Part shown: piece by piece, positions 1 to 13,319 of the stretch
Layout of the letters: every line of letters begins with the position of its first letter
Position numbering within the stretch: the stretch's first letter is position 1
NCBI RefSeq assembly: GCF_006345805.1
Contig: NC_042998.1
Location: 191,952,001-192,016,000 of the forward strand
Length of the DNA stretch: 64,000 nucleotides
From: Octopus sinensis
Lineage: Eukaryota
Direction of reading: 5' to 3'
Notes under the pieces: model-generated
The model's input: the letters and a program-made list of their open reading frames with translations, nothing else
Told to the model about the DNA's origin: nothing
Databases searched by the model: none
Translations under genes and position numbers: made by a program

Positions 1-119
1 AGGTACTATGTATTCTGTTCCTGTTATGCAAACTGTCATATTTAGCCTCAATAAAGTGTACGAGACATTTTAACTCACAATATAGCGACCGTCTTACACT
101 GCCATACCTCTAATGTATC

Positions 120-175
<56 letters not shown>

Positions 176-533
176 AAGTAGGTACTGTAAATTTAGAGAT
201 TTAGAATGAACACTTGATAAGTGCAAGCACCTGTATATGCCAGATAGTGGCAGAGGTGAGAGAATATATCAAATATAAATTAAAAACAGAACACAAAGGA
301 TATCGCGGTACAGTGTTTCAAGCTTTATAAACAATCTGTTATTACATCACTGTATTATTGATATAAAAGACGGTTTAAAGCTCTCTTCAGTCGCAAACAT
401 TGTTAGTCCAATGATTACATCACAATATAAAAAGTACACGTAGTATTACCCATTATAATAGGATTATCATATCTCTTTGAAAAAGTATATTTGTATAATT
501 GTATAAATGTATTTGTATATATTTGTATAATTG

Positions 534-618
<85 letters not shown>

Positions 619-813
619 CAGGCACGATAGTTTATTGTTTTCGCATCATTTTAATACGAATAACTATCACCTTCTAAAATATATATTCCACCGTTTAGAA
701 GATTAGCAATATGTGGCCATTTTATTGTGATAAGAATCTCCTGAGAGTATTTTAAAATATTTACCTTATCGTTTTAATACGTCTATACGTCATTAATATC
801 AGAGTGAACTTAC

Positions 814-849
814 CATTCTTAAAAGAGTGTCTGCTTTCCTCACACGAAA
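814..849 (-). CDS. Candidate 36-nt micro-exon of an unidentified minus-strand gene
   Basis: Minus strand reads ...gatgattgcag|TTTCGT...AGAATG|gtaagtt. Two frames are open (FRVRKADTLLRM or SCEESRHSFKN). No homology recognised; could be chance. Confidence 0.2.
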
Positions 850-904
850 CTGCAATCATCGAAAGCAGCTATAATTTTAAGTTTATACATCCATCACAGA
901 AATA

Positions 905-1697
905 TTATAAATAAAGTAATAAATTTAATTTAGCTTCGAAAAACATTTTAAACGAGAAAATTGTTTTTAAGGAACACGCGAAAAATCCATGCATTTTTAT
1001 TCACTTGTGTATGTATGATACACAAAATAACATTCATTATATCTGCAATATATTTTACAAGTTTATAGAAATTCTAAAAGAAACTTAGATATTTTGATAA
1101 CACATCTTTATATATAAAAGTGAAGTTGTGTGTCTGTCTCCTACGATTTAGATTCCTAACTAATCCCACATTTTGCGGTGCAGTTTAACCAAAACCGGGT
1201 ATCTTATAGTCGTGATTCATATCGAGCCCTTCTGGGTATTAGCGCGCGTCTACGATGAGTCTACGATTTTAAAAATAATTTGCTATCATTTTTTTCCATT
1301 TTAATGCATTTTTTCGCTAAGGGAAGTAACTCTCTAAAAATGTCTGCGATGAGTCAACGATTTTAAGAAAAAAATTACCATAATTTTTTTTCCCTTTTTA
1401 ATGCTATTTTTTGTTATTTTTTGGCTATAACTCTCTAAAAATGCTTATATAGTTATTTCCCTTACAAACCCGGGCAACGCCGGGCGATACTGCTAGTTAT
1501 AAATAAAGTAGTAAATTTAATTTAGCTTCGTAAAACAGTTTAAACGAGAAAACTATTTTTAAAGAACACGCGAAAAATCCATGCATTCTCATTCACTTGT
1601 GTATGTATGATACAGAAAAATAACATTCATTATATCTGCAATATATTTTACAAATTCATAGAAATTCTAAAAGAAACTTAGATATTTTGAAAACACA
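905..1697 (+). repeat. ~200-bp direct repeat (905-1104 and 1497-1697) flanking the Helitron
   Basis: Both copies begin ttataaataaagta and end aacaca; about a dozen differences by hand alignment. Confidence 0.9.
1105..1496 (+). mobile_element. Non-autonomous Helitron-like element
   Basis: Sits between A1104 and T1497. Starts TC(tttatatataaaag) and ends with GC hairpin CCCGGGCAACGCCGGG followed by CGATACTGCTAG. No TSD. Internal ~95-bp tandem duplication at ~1251-1443. Confidence 0.8.
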
Positions 1698-2067
1698 TTT
1701 ACTATAAGAATCGATGCAGATAAGAATGTAGGTCATGTAAAAAAAGATTGCTCTTTATTTGTATAGAAACGCATCGTTATATTATTTATATCAGTAAATA
1801 TTTTTTCTCTTATTCCTCATTTATATTTCTTACTCGTCTCCTTCTTTCTAACAGTATTTAACTATTTATCTAGTGACAGATAGCACTCTAGGTCACATAG
1901 GTGAAACCACAATTTTTAATTATTAAATAAACTTCGTTACACATACTGAGTACTCATTTTCTACTGTTTAGTACAGTCATATAGGCACGTAACACCGGCA
2001 TATTATATGTATTATATGTGTTTCTGAGTGTGTACGTCTGTGTATAAGTATGTGTATATAAATGAGT

Positions 2068-2454
2068 TGTGGAGGCGCAATGGCCAAGTGGTTAGGGCAG
2101 CGGAGTCGCGGTCATAGGATCGCGGTTTCGATTCCCAGACCGGGCGTTGTGAGTGTTTATTGAGCGAAAACACCTAAAGCTCAACGAGGCTCCGGCAGGG
2201 ATGGCAGTGATCCCTGCGGTACTCTTTCACCACAACTTTCTCTCACTCTTACTTCCTGTTTCTGTTGTACCTGTATTTCAAAGGGCAGGCCTTGTCACTC
2301 TCTGTGTCACGCTGAATATCCCCGAGAACTACGTTAAGGGTACACGTGTCTGTGGAGTGCTCAGCCACTTACACGTTAATTTCACGAGCAGGCTGTTCCG
2401 TTGATCGGATCAACCGGAACCCTCATCGCCGTTACCGACGGAGTGCTTCCACAC
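2068..2454 (+). mobile_element. tRNA-derived SINE, head A + tail alpha
   Basis: A box TGGCCAAGTGG (2081-2091) and B-box-like GGTTTCGATTCCC (2124-2136). 10-bp TSD ataaatgagt (2058-2067/2455-2464). Near-identical copy at 62525-62910. Confidence 0.9.
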
Positions 2455-2787
2455 ATAAATGAGTATATGTGTGTATGTAACTCATGTGTGTATTTTTGTG
2501 CACATGCGCGCGTGTATATGTGTAAATTACTGACGAGCAGGCAATGCTTATAGCTCATAACGAAGTTAATTTAAGCACATACCCAGAGACACTTGCTTCC
2601 AATGTAACCATTTGAATTAGCTAGATACATGACAAAGACATAAAATTCTATCATGTTTATGCAAACTCAATGCGGAATGTAACGATGTTGTATAAAACGT
2701 TTTTATTCAAATTATTAGTTTTCTGTCTAACCCAACAGTAAGCTTTACTATGAATACTAAATACTGCTTGCACGGTATTAATTTAAA

Positions 2788-3017
2788 GGTGGCGATCTGG
2801 CTGAAACGTTAGCACGCCGGGAGAAATGCGTAGCCGTTTTTCGTCTGCCGTTACGTTCTGAGTTCAAATTCCGCCGAGGTCGACTTCACCTTTCATCTTT
2901 TCGGGGTTGATAAATTAAGTACCAGTTACGCACTGGGTCGATATAATCGAATTAATCCGTCTGTCTATACTCGTTTGTCCTCTCTGTGTTTAGCCCCTTG
3001 TGGGTAGTAAAGAAATA
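2788..3017 (+). mobile_element. SINE family B (tail a)
   Basis: GGTGGCGATCTGGCTGAAACGTTAGC head, GAGTTCAAATTCC B-box-like motif, central GGTCGAC..CCTTTCATC..TCGGGG..GATAAA domain, tail ending AAAGAAATAG; many copies in the window. Confidence 0.85.
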
Positions 3018-4105
3018 GATAGTAATTTACGTTGGAGAAATAACAGCCAAAAAAAACCTACCTGAGTGGGTTGAAAGCGTATATTAGAACGACTGAAACG
3101 ATATTGTCCATTCGGTTCCTATCTCACTTCCAACAATATGGTTGTGTAAATATGAAAGATATTTTCGCCTATCATGTGTAGCCAGTAAGTTTATTTAATT
3201 TACAAATGCAATGGTGGCCACAATCTTTGAATATACTCGTTAGAAAACTTTAGTTTGTATAATTATGAACATTCCTGAATCAAGGAGACTAGAAATCGAA
3301 AAGTGAATTAATGTGTGCTGAAGATAGCGAATAGTTATATTTTACAAATTTAATGATTTAGCAAACTAATTCTGCTTTGATAATTCAATAGCTCTTATGA
3401 AACTAAGGAGATACTTTGCTGAAGTATAAAATATCTAAAATATAACTATTCGTACGTATTTATGAGTGATCTAAAAAATACATGTTCTTTTTAGATATCC
3501 ATCCCAATGTCTATGGCTATGTTAAAATACCCCCACACCTCGCTATAACCACTCTAAGAGCTGTATTTTTGTTGAATTATAAGCCTCAGCTTTTGTTGCA
3601 TGTTCGAATATTTGATGGAGTAATTGAAAGTTTAAGGACTATGCGGTGAGGACGAAGTTCAGTCATTGGTACAGTTTTCAATGCCAAGTTAGGTGCTAAC
3701 TGTTCGAGAACCTTCTGCAGAAAAGTCACTTTATATCCCCTAGTCTTTGTTCCAGGAAGTAGATTATTATCATTATTGACATCAGCCAGTAAAAGCTCCA
3801 CTGATTCATTGAGGGTGAATTGTGTGTATTGCAACGTTAGAACGGTTCTATTACTACTGTGAGTTTACATTTGTATGGGGGCGGGTGCATATTTGTATTT
3901 TCACCTGGCTGCTCTCCATAGAACTGGCATAGCTTCTTGCATTCTAGTATAACGAGCTTGTATGACTTAAAGATTAAATTAAGAAGTATAAACTGAAAGA
4001 CAACGCGTCGACGAAACTACGGCCTTAAGATCGTAAGCTGAATATTCTAGAATCTAGGCCATGAACATTCCTCCGCATACATGTGCGAACGCATACATGT
4101 GCACA

Positions 4106-4504
4106 TCTCTATATATATAAAGCTGAGGTTGTCTGTGTGTGTGTATGGCAGGTTTGGTAGCCTTCAAAAAACACTATCTCCTCCGAGACCCTGCGGCGCA
4201 AGTTGACCAAAATTGAAAGTATGATAGAAGAAGACTTGCTCTTCTTTCTGTAGAAGACAAAATTCAAATCGGACCATGTTAACACCAAAAATTATTTACA
4301 TAAAAAAGGTGCTTATTTTCTATGAAAATCCCTATTTTTTACGATTTTCTGACTGCTGTGTCGCCATTTTGCGGTGTATTTCAACCAGTAAAATGTTCAC
4401 TTCAAGAGAATAACAAGCTACATAATGCAAAATTTTTATTTTTCAAAAAATTCCAATTCTAAAGGGTCGAAAGAAACCTGATCAAGTCTGGGCGATACTG
4501 CTAG
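4106..4504 (+). mobile_element. Non-autonomous Helitron-like element, second type
   Basis: A|TCTCTATATATATAAAGC start and GGGCGATACTGCTAG|T end shared with 1105-1496. Hairpin degenerate; interior differs. Confidence 0.7.
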
Positions 4505-5400
4505 TATAAATATAAGGCAAATTGTCGTGTTCTTTTTGTGTGTTCTCTTCGCTCTCAGTATAAATATCGGCGAGGTAAAATTTATGTGACGCGAAAATGT
4601 ATATACATAAATTAATGATCCCTGGAAAGAGGTGATGCATCGTATCTCGTTGAAAACAGTACAAAATCATATGCTACGATAGGTAGACGAAAACGTGGTG
4701 GAAGGTGAAACGTTTCAATCTGTTATGATACTTCTAGAAATAGCACAGGAAGAGAGATTTCAAGAAGTTACTATCAGTGGTAATCAAGATTTTATTATAT
4801 TTTTTTTAGTGATAATAGGACTTATGAAACAATTAACTAAACCACAAATGCCCAAATTGGATAGAGAAGACACTCTTCTACAATTGGTTCTAGAATAGCA
4901 GATCTCATCCTGAAACATTTAAAACGTCATTCAAAAAAGCGATGCAATAAAGAAGCTTGAGAAAATGAGAAAAAGATAATTGTAATAGAAGAGAAAATTG
5001 ATATACTGAAAAGTTAGAAATTTGTATGTAAAAAATAAAACAGTCACTATATGTTGTCATTAAAAAAATAACTTAAATTTAACAAACCAGTTGCATCGTA
5101 CGTTGTATTATTCGTTCAGTATTTTGTATCAGTTGGAAAACAAATGAATAATATTTTTTATACAGTTTGATATAATATTGTTCAGAGAAAGTTTTTTTCT
5201 ATACTTTTAGTAGCATAAGTGGTCTATTGCATTTTGAACAAGTCAATATTTCTCTGATTGATTAAAACTATTCATCTGCATGAGAAATATTCGAACTTCC
5301 AATGATAACGAAATTCTGATACGCAGTAAAATAAAAAAAAATATAGATTACTTTCATCAATTAATGTAGGTATATAGATTCAGAGACAGTCATCTATCTA

Positions 5401-5419
5401 TCTAGCTAGCTAGCTAGCT

Positions 5420-5465
<46 letters not shown>

Positions 5466-5675
5466 TGGATAGGTGCACGCACGTTCAGTTACTTCAACAG
5501 TGGACATACACTTACATGTAGAAACTACACACAAGTGCATCATGAGTGTGTGTATATATGTGTGTGTCTGTGTGTCTATGTATGTATGTATATATATATA
5601 TATATATATATGTTTATATACATACATGTGTGTATGTGTGTGCGTGTGTGTGTACATACATACACATAAATACAG

Positions 5676-5713
<38 letters not shown>

Positions 5714-5892
5714 ATATATATATATGTATATATATATATAAAAATATGTATATATGTATGTATATATGTATGTATGTTTGTATGTATGTATGTAGGTAGG
5801 TATGTATGTATGTACGTATGTACGTATGTATGTATGTATGTATGCATGTATAGTGTTTATACAATTTCCATTATATATATATGTATATATAT
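5401..5892. repeat. Compound microsatellite (CTAG/GATA/GA/TG/TA/TATG)
   Basis: Direct reading; source of several spurious ORFs. Confidence 0.95.
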
Positions 5893-6277
5893 ATCACGAA
5901 AATGTTTTAGGTATTTCTTATCAGAAAGCAAAAGTGGAGACAATAGCATTATTCTATGATATTTGTCACCCGTGAAATTATGCTTCACAGCTGGTGAACT
6001 CTCATTGTTATTTCAAATACATTATCTATCCTGTACATACGAACGGAACGTATTGACACGCACGCACGCACACACACACAACACACACACAAACACACAC
6101 ACACATATGTACAAAGATATATACGCAATTACCTACATTCACAGAACATACATATAACTAATTCACATGTACACCAAGAGCTATCTCGTCTTAAACAAAA
6201 GAACCTTGTAAATCTGTTTGTGGCTGGATTGAATTCTGCAAAAGAAGAAATAAATTAAATAAATTCAAGCATATATA

Positions 6278-6665
6278 GGCGCAGGAGTGGCTGTGTGGTA
6301 AGTAGCTTGTTTACCAACCACATGGTTCCGGGTTCAGCTCCACTGCGTGGCACCTTGGGCAAGTGTCTTCTACTATAGCCTCGGGCTGACCAAAGCCTTG
6401 TGAGTGGATTTGGCAGACGGAAACTGAAAGAAGCCCGTCGTATATATGTATGTGTGTGTGTTTGTGTGTCTGTGTTTGTCCCCCTAGCATTGCTTGACAA
6501 CCGATGCTGGTGTGTTTATGTCCCCGTCACTTAGCGGTTCGGCAAAAAGAGACCGATAGAATAAGTACTGGGCTTACAAAGAATAATTCCCGGGGTCGAG
6601 TTGCTCGATTAAAGGTGGTGCTCCAGCATGGCCGCAGTCAAATGACTGAAACAGGTAAAAGAGAG

Positions 6666-6666
<1 letters not shown>
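6278..6666 (+). mobile_element. SINE family C (tRNA head, CORE-like segment, internal microsatellite, LINE-like 3' tail)
   Basis: GGCGCAGGAGTGGCTGTGTGGTAAG head. GTGGCACCTTGGGCAAGTG resembles the CORE domain. Internal (TA)/(TG). Tail GGTGCTCCAGCATGGCCGCAGTCAAATGACTGAAAC. Confidence 0.85.
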
Positions 6667-6699
<33 letters not shown>

Positions 6700-7497
6700 T
6701 AGAATATTTTGCACAAAGAAACGTATTAGGTGATATATTTATTTCTTTTTATCAGCCATGCATCTTCAATCATGCTGGAGTACCACCCTAGCTTTTTACC
6801 CTTTCCATAGAACTTTTGTGAGGTTGGTTTATTCTATATTGTTGACTTTCGTATCAGTACTATTGCATGTGCTTTTCCTTTGTTTGTTGGCTCATTTACA
6901 GAAAGGAGGAATTTGACACTGCACTTTCGTCTGTACTTAATGACGGATCGTTGGTTCATCTGTTACCATGGATAGGATATTGCCAAATTCTTTGCTGAAG
7001 ATATCCAAATGCACGTTGTGCAACTAGAAAAATAGAACTCTAAACATGAGTATATATATGCGTTTCTATTAATAATCGGTAGCGGTTACAGAGTCAATCA
7101 TGGGGTCAAGATTTTCGTGCATTGATAAATGGTAACGCGAGAATCTCTCGACCCTTGAGTCATCTTGGAATCTTAGCTGATTATTAATATAAAACGTATT
7201 GTATGTGTCTCTTTATTCCTTCGGCAGAACGTTGAACAACGGTGGGCATTTGAACCCCAAGCTCTTTGCAGTGTTTGGTCCTCGCTGTAGATACAGTCGA
7301 CGATATTCTTGGTAGTTAGGTACTAACCGTTCCAGAAATTCCCACTGATCTCTCGCATCTTCAATCCAGGGATAAAATTACATTATAGAAATCCATATTT
7401 TACTATTATAATTCTAGTTCTAAATGTTTTGCGTATTTCAACATATGTGAAATATATCCACAACCTTATTCGTACCTCGAATATTTTTGAGTGCCTT

Positions 7498-8636
7498 CGA
7501 GGGTTGGCTGAAAGGTTCATGGGTTGCTTAAGATACTCCCACGGAATGTGACTAAAGTGGTATCTTATCGAAATATCCCTTGCAGTCCATAGAATTCTTC
7601 CATCGATGATGCAATGCTTGGATCGCTTTGGTGAAAAAGATTTTATCCTGACTTGCAAAAAATCCATCAACAGCTGATATGACGTTATCATCACTGTGAT
7701 ATGTTTTTTCATCTAGGGGAACAAATGATAATCAGATGGGACCAAATCAGGAGAATAGGGAGGGTGATCAACTAATTCAAAGTCACAGTTACGTACAGAA
7801 ACTATTGAAACCAAGTACTTGTGTGCTGGAGCATTGTTTTGTTGAAACAAGTTGCCTCACTCTTTGTAAGTTTCCTCGTTTGGTATTTACAGCCGTTTCT
7901 TAACCGCCTAAGGAAGCTGGCATAGTATTTTCTATCGGTCAGGTGAGCCTTTTGAACATATTCAATATACACAGTTCTTTTTGCACCCCAAAAACTTAGG
8001 CTATTGCTTCCCCTGCAAAACGAAACTACCTTGGCCTTGTTCGGAGCTGGTGAGGCGACATGTTTCATTTTGTCTGTCTGAGAATGATGACTCCAAAACT
8101 CATCCTTGGTTAGAAAACGTTCAAGGAAACCAGCTGGAACTTGCTCATTGTCGGATTTTCCTGTCATGTGATCAGCTTGGTGTGATTTTGATCAGGTGTC
8201 AGAAAACGTGGTACCTACTGAGTATAAACCTTCGTCATGTCAAGTTCTTTGTGCAGAATATCATAACTCTCTCACGGGTTATGATAAAAGCATTTGCTGC
8301 TTGTTTTATAGTCAATCGCCTATGTGGTGAACATGATCAATGTTTTCCTCGGTGGTGGCAGTTTCAGGACATCCAAACCTTGCGACATCTTCAAGATTTT
8401 CCCTTCTCCTTGACTAAGCTCTTTTTCTACAGGTATATCATGCCAAATTTTGTCCATTTTCAACAGAAATGGCTGCGAGTTACTTAAAAGTCTCCTCTGA
8501 ACAAAGAGATGCGAGTTTACCTGGAAAGAAACACTGAAATTGTTAATAAGAAGAACTGAAATTAATGCATGCAATATTTCACAGTTTTAGTGTCGCTTCG
8601 TCATAGTCAACCTATCGAATTTTCAGTCCGCTCTCC
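7498..8636 (-). mobile_element. Decayed mariner (DD34D) transposon
   Basis: Degenerate TIRs CGAGGGTTGGCTGAAAGGTTCAT / CCTATCGAATTTTCAGTCCGCTCTCC|TA. Translated pieces MDKIWH, FLERFLTKDEFW and DHPPYSPDLVPSDYHLFP*; stops and frameshifts. Confidence 0.9.
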
Positions 8637-10559
8637 TATTCGGAACAGAGATTTATGGCCTTTGTAAGTTTTACAATGTTAGAATATACATTAAATTATA
8701 TGATCTATGCGATTAAGGTACATATATACATAATACATACATACATGCACACATACATACGTACGTACATACGTGCGTACATACATACATGCATACATAC
8801 ATACATACATACATAATGGCTGCCCCCTCGTTATCGAGTATGGCCATTGCACGAAGCTTAACTGTTACTGGTGCTGTGATCGAATGTGTCTTTTTAACCC
8901 AGCTAAAGATCCACAATGTCTTGTACAGAATTGGCAACTAAAACCTTCACTGGTAATAGTCGGCTGTAGTTGTAACTGGGCTTCATGTACCTTTGCATAT
9001 CGTTTAAGTCATACATACATACATACATACATACATTAGGCAATATAAATATCCGCGTAATTTTATGGTTAATTAATACAGATAGATGAATAAGAGTGTA
9101 AATATTAAGAGTATTACTGTTTCTTTGTGATCCCGTGTCAACCCTAGGAGAGTTGACGCACAGATAAATAATAGCATTCCGGCTTCTCCTAACTCCATAT
9201 ATTTTTCAGATTGTGTTTCTAGTTTCTGTTATCTAAAGTCGCTCTTTTATTCACAGGTTACTACCTGTGAATGATGTTTTGCCCTTATGTTTCACTGGCT
9301 AACGAGCTAACTCGTTTTTATCATGGCGAAAATATTTCATTGATAAAGACTAGTTTTTAATTTTAATTTTCACATAGGTATTGTTGGATTTACTTTAGAT
9401 AGATATTTGCTTGTACATACATATGGAGGTATATGCTTACTTATGAATCATGTGGTTCGTGCTCAACCACACTGCAACAAGACTGTCGAATCAATCAAAC
9501 ACTTGTAATATATAGTAGAAAGAAAATTTATAGAAACTGTGTGTTTGTCGACTAAGGATGATCAAAATCGATGCGTCAGTCTAACATACCTTATGGTCTT
9601 TAGTTCTGTCTAATTTATATCCATTTCAATAATGGTATAGCTGCATTTTTGTCTCTTAACTGATTAATCAAATTTGAAGTAGACAAAGACTTGGAGTCGA
9701 TATGATCGGCAAAAACTAATGAACAGTGTGCCCCATGAAAGTAGTAAAAAATAATATTACTGACTCCGTACTAGGGAAAGCATTGTGCTTTAGCGAATAT
9801 TAAGCTTGATTATTCGTAAATATTATACAAAGGAATATTAAAGCATTTATTCACATCATGGCTTCACTAGAGACTGCATATTAATATTCACTATTTATAT
9901 AACAGCTAACATTAAACTGTTGGTTAATTTCATATCCATCACGAAAACCAGTTCTGTATTTCCTTTTCAATTTTACTGAATAAAATCCTCCATTTTCTTA
10001 ATTACTCTACCTGGATTCAGTTGAATATAATATAATCATTATTCCTTCATATAATAAACTTTCATAAAATATAGGATAATAAACATTTATGTATGAGAAT
10101 AATCTTTTTTTTTCTAAAAATAACAAATGGCTTATAAGGAATTTTAAATTTTCAACGTAAATGTTCATTCTATTTAATCAACATATAGTACATATTTCCT
10201 ATTTTAATCTATGAGAGCAATGCAGTTTATTAAAAAGATTATATTCGAAACACGTTAAGTCATAAAATTTCCATGTTTTAATAAACTAGTCTTACGTCAG
10301 CATATTTATACACACGCGCATATACACTTAGACAGAAAGCAACGAATACACCAGACGTCCATACATGCATGTACATGAAATGTATGTATGTCTGTATTAT
10401 GTATGTATGTATGTATGTATGTATGTGCCAGCCTGTGTGTGTGACCCAACTCAATTTCTCTCCTTGCATGAAATTCTTTAGACGACAAAATGTTGAATAA
10501 ATGGTGCCATGTATGTTATTCTCTTTCCGTTTATAATTTAGAATGAATTGTGACGGGCT

Positions 10560-11124
10560 CCCTACTTGCTAGTAAGGTTGTGAAGGAAAGCACCTTGTTT
10601 TGTTCATCATCCTTTAGATATTAAGAAAGTCTTGCAGATTTTCGCAGTCTCACATATTACACTGTAATTACATGTAACCTGTTACAATGTCTGGTCCTTG
10701 GGATTTCCTCTTTGACATTTTCTGTAGACCTGCTTTCGGTATTTCACAGTCTAATGCATATCATTTTTGATGAATGTACCGGCAGTCGTCCGGCTCCACT
10801 TTGTTTAGCCATACAGCTTGCTAAGTGAATTCCTCATTTGTTTCCAATATATGTCTCCAGTAGCCCTCAACCTGATCTTTTGTTGATTTGTCTTTTACAG
10901 AGATTCAGTCTTTCGCTCGATAAACTGATTTCGGATAACTTACAGACAATTTATTGAGAATTTCTCGTTGAAATTCTGTAGATTCATATCTTAGGATTCC
11001 AGCTGTAGCTGTGAGCTTTTGTTTCAGATGGGGCAGTTTGGATTTAGGTTTTTTTTAAGCCCGTATCACCAAACGAAACTATTTTTCTGAGGTCTTCTTG
11101 ATATCATGGGAATTTGTTCTGTGT
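10560..11124 (-). mobile_element. Degenerate non-LTR retrotransposon fragment, R4/Dong-like (region upstream of RT)
   Basis: Minus translation LKQKLTATAGILRYE...YPKSVYR...KDQVEGYWRHIL...AVWLNKVE...KSQGPDIV with stops. Clade assignment from remembered motifs only. Confidence 0.6.
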
Positions 11125-11126
11125 TA

Positions 11127-12371
11127 CCTCGTGGTATCAAAAATTCCCGGACTAGTTATGTTTAATAAAAATTAACTTATTTACCTCAGTTTTAACATTA
11201 TCTCCTGCGAAATAGTCACATTGCACAGCAATACACCGGACCCAGCATTCCTTCCACTTTTGGAATCCGGTCTGGATGTCGCGTTTGCTGTAAGTGAGTC
11301 GAGGACAATCTGCGATTTTCTCTGGATCTCAACAACGGTGCTAAAACGGTGACCTTTGAGCTGCATTTTTATTTTGGGAAAGAGATGGAAGTCATCAGGT
11401 GCTAAATCTGGCGAATAGGGCGGGTAAATAAACAATACAATATTATTTTTGAAGAGTAGCTGACGAATGAGAAGAGCTCGGTGACGGAGTGCATCGTGGT
11501 CGGGAGGAATCCAATTCTTTGCACTCCACAGAGCCGGTCGCTTTCACCGAATGACCTCCCTCAAACACTTCAAAACGTCACAGTAGAACTCTCGGTTAAC
11601 GGTCAGGCTCTGGCGGTCGAATTCTTGAGGCACAATATTGCGGATGTCGAAAAAAAAACGAAGAGCATGTGCTAGATTGAACAGCTCTATCATGCTTTCT
11701 TCGGTAGTGGAGATGAAAGCCTCTTCCAATGTGACGACTGCTACTTCTTCTCGGGGTCATATCATTAGACCCAACTCTCCTCAACGGTGATGGGTAATTA
11801 GTGACATGCTGACGATTGTCGAGACAGACTTCAACGTGATGTTCTGTCAGCTCAGTGGTCAGCAGACGGGGTGCAAACATGATAGAGACACGCTTCACGT
11901 TCAATTCAGAAGTTAGAATCGCCTGCTCGGACACATACAATAGACCAATATCATTAACAGCGTCGTTGATTGTCCTCCTCCCATCCTCATGCTCGTGGCA
12001 GGTTTTCCAGATCGCTCATCGTCTCCCAGTGACGTTCTTCCGCATTCGAAGAGCACATGACACTCGAAATATTGCGTACGATTCATTGCCTAGTCGCCGT
12101 AAGCCTGCCGAAGCATGCACAATGTCTCTGTTGCAGATGTCCCAATTTTAACGCCAAATTTTACGACGATTCTTCGTTCTAACTTCCTGTCCATGACAAA
12201 ATCGCAGACTACAGCATACACGTGATCACAAAAACACAAATGTTACAACTTGCTAAGTAAACACAGTAATGTCACTCGGCTCACTGCCTCAGGAAGCTAA
12301 CTGTCACAACACACGCAACCTTCTATCGGCACGATACATAACTAGTTTGGGAACCTTTTGATACCATCTCG
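11127..12371 (-). mobile_element. Full-length but decayed mariner transposon, second subfamily
   Basis: TA-flanked ~35-bp TIRs (...GTGGTATCAAAAATTCCCGGACTAGTTATGT / ACATAACTAGTTTGGGAACCTTTTGATACCATCTCG). YPPYSPDLAPDDFHLFPKIKMQLKGHRF motif; ORF fragmented. Confidence 0.93.
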
Positions 12372-12426
12372 TATGTCTTCGTATTTCATGTTGTTTACGT
12401 TTTGTGACGTCCTGTAGCCATATATG

Positions 12427-12468
<42 letters not shown>

Positions 12469-13275
12469 CATACATGCATACATATACATACATACATATA
12501 TATATTATGTGTGTATGTACATATATGTATATTTGCATAGATATATATATATAACTTATAAATAAGGGCAAACGAAAAAATTTCTAATGCCAAATATGCC
12601 GAAATAAGACACATTGTCCATAACCATAAAATTTATCACAATAAGCACGTTACTCGGAAAAGGTTGACAGAAATTTCTAAAAAATTCCATTATTACCATA
12701 TCGGACCGATTTCAGGGTTAGTTCATAAGAACCTTCCCTTCGTAGTGTTAAATGCGGCAAAGAAATAAATGAAATACTCACTCATACCCATGGAGAAGCA
12801 AACACTAAGTCATGAGCACAATTAAGTACCCCAAATATATCCAAAATAGAAATTCTCCAGCCCATTCGAGACACGTGCGATTCGAACTGAAACTCTCACA
12901 GAGTGAGAGAGTCCGGAAGTGAACACTAGGTTACTTAAAATATATTTGTGACATATTTCAACTACTAAAATAGCGAAATGTTAGCGCCAACCAATTTAGG
13001 CATAAGCAAAATTTATATAAGTTTGTTTAGTGTTGCCTCTCTTATCTACATCCCATTGATAAGAGAGAAGAAACATGAAACATCGATGTCTGAGATTCCA
13101 GATAGATGGCGACAGTGAACAAATAACGTGTTTTCACACATTTCTACCATAAGAGAAATATTTGCTCTCTAGTAACTCCACTGAATTTGCCTTTTAGCAG
13201 TTGAAATGTCACATGCATATTTTAACTAACCTAAATTTTACTGATGCCTAAAATCTGCTTAGCACTACATTTCTT

Positions 13276-13319
<44 letters not shown>

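Noticed and set aside
2068-2140. tRNA genes at SINE heads
   Set aside because: A/B boxes are present but there is no complete cloverleaf, and each runs into a SINE body with TSDs.
3586-3834. 82-aa ORF with faint resemblance to a receptor ligand-binding segment
   Set aside because: No diagnostic motif or convincing splice sites; length is within chance.
4630-4970. Protein-like reading (GRRKRGGR...RRHSSTIGSRIA) as a pseudogene
   Set aside because: Four stops and no recognisable family.
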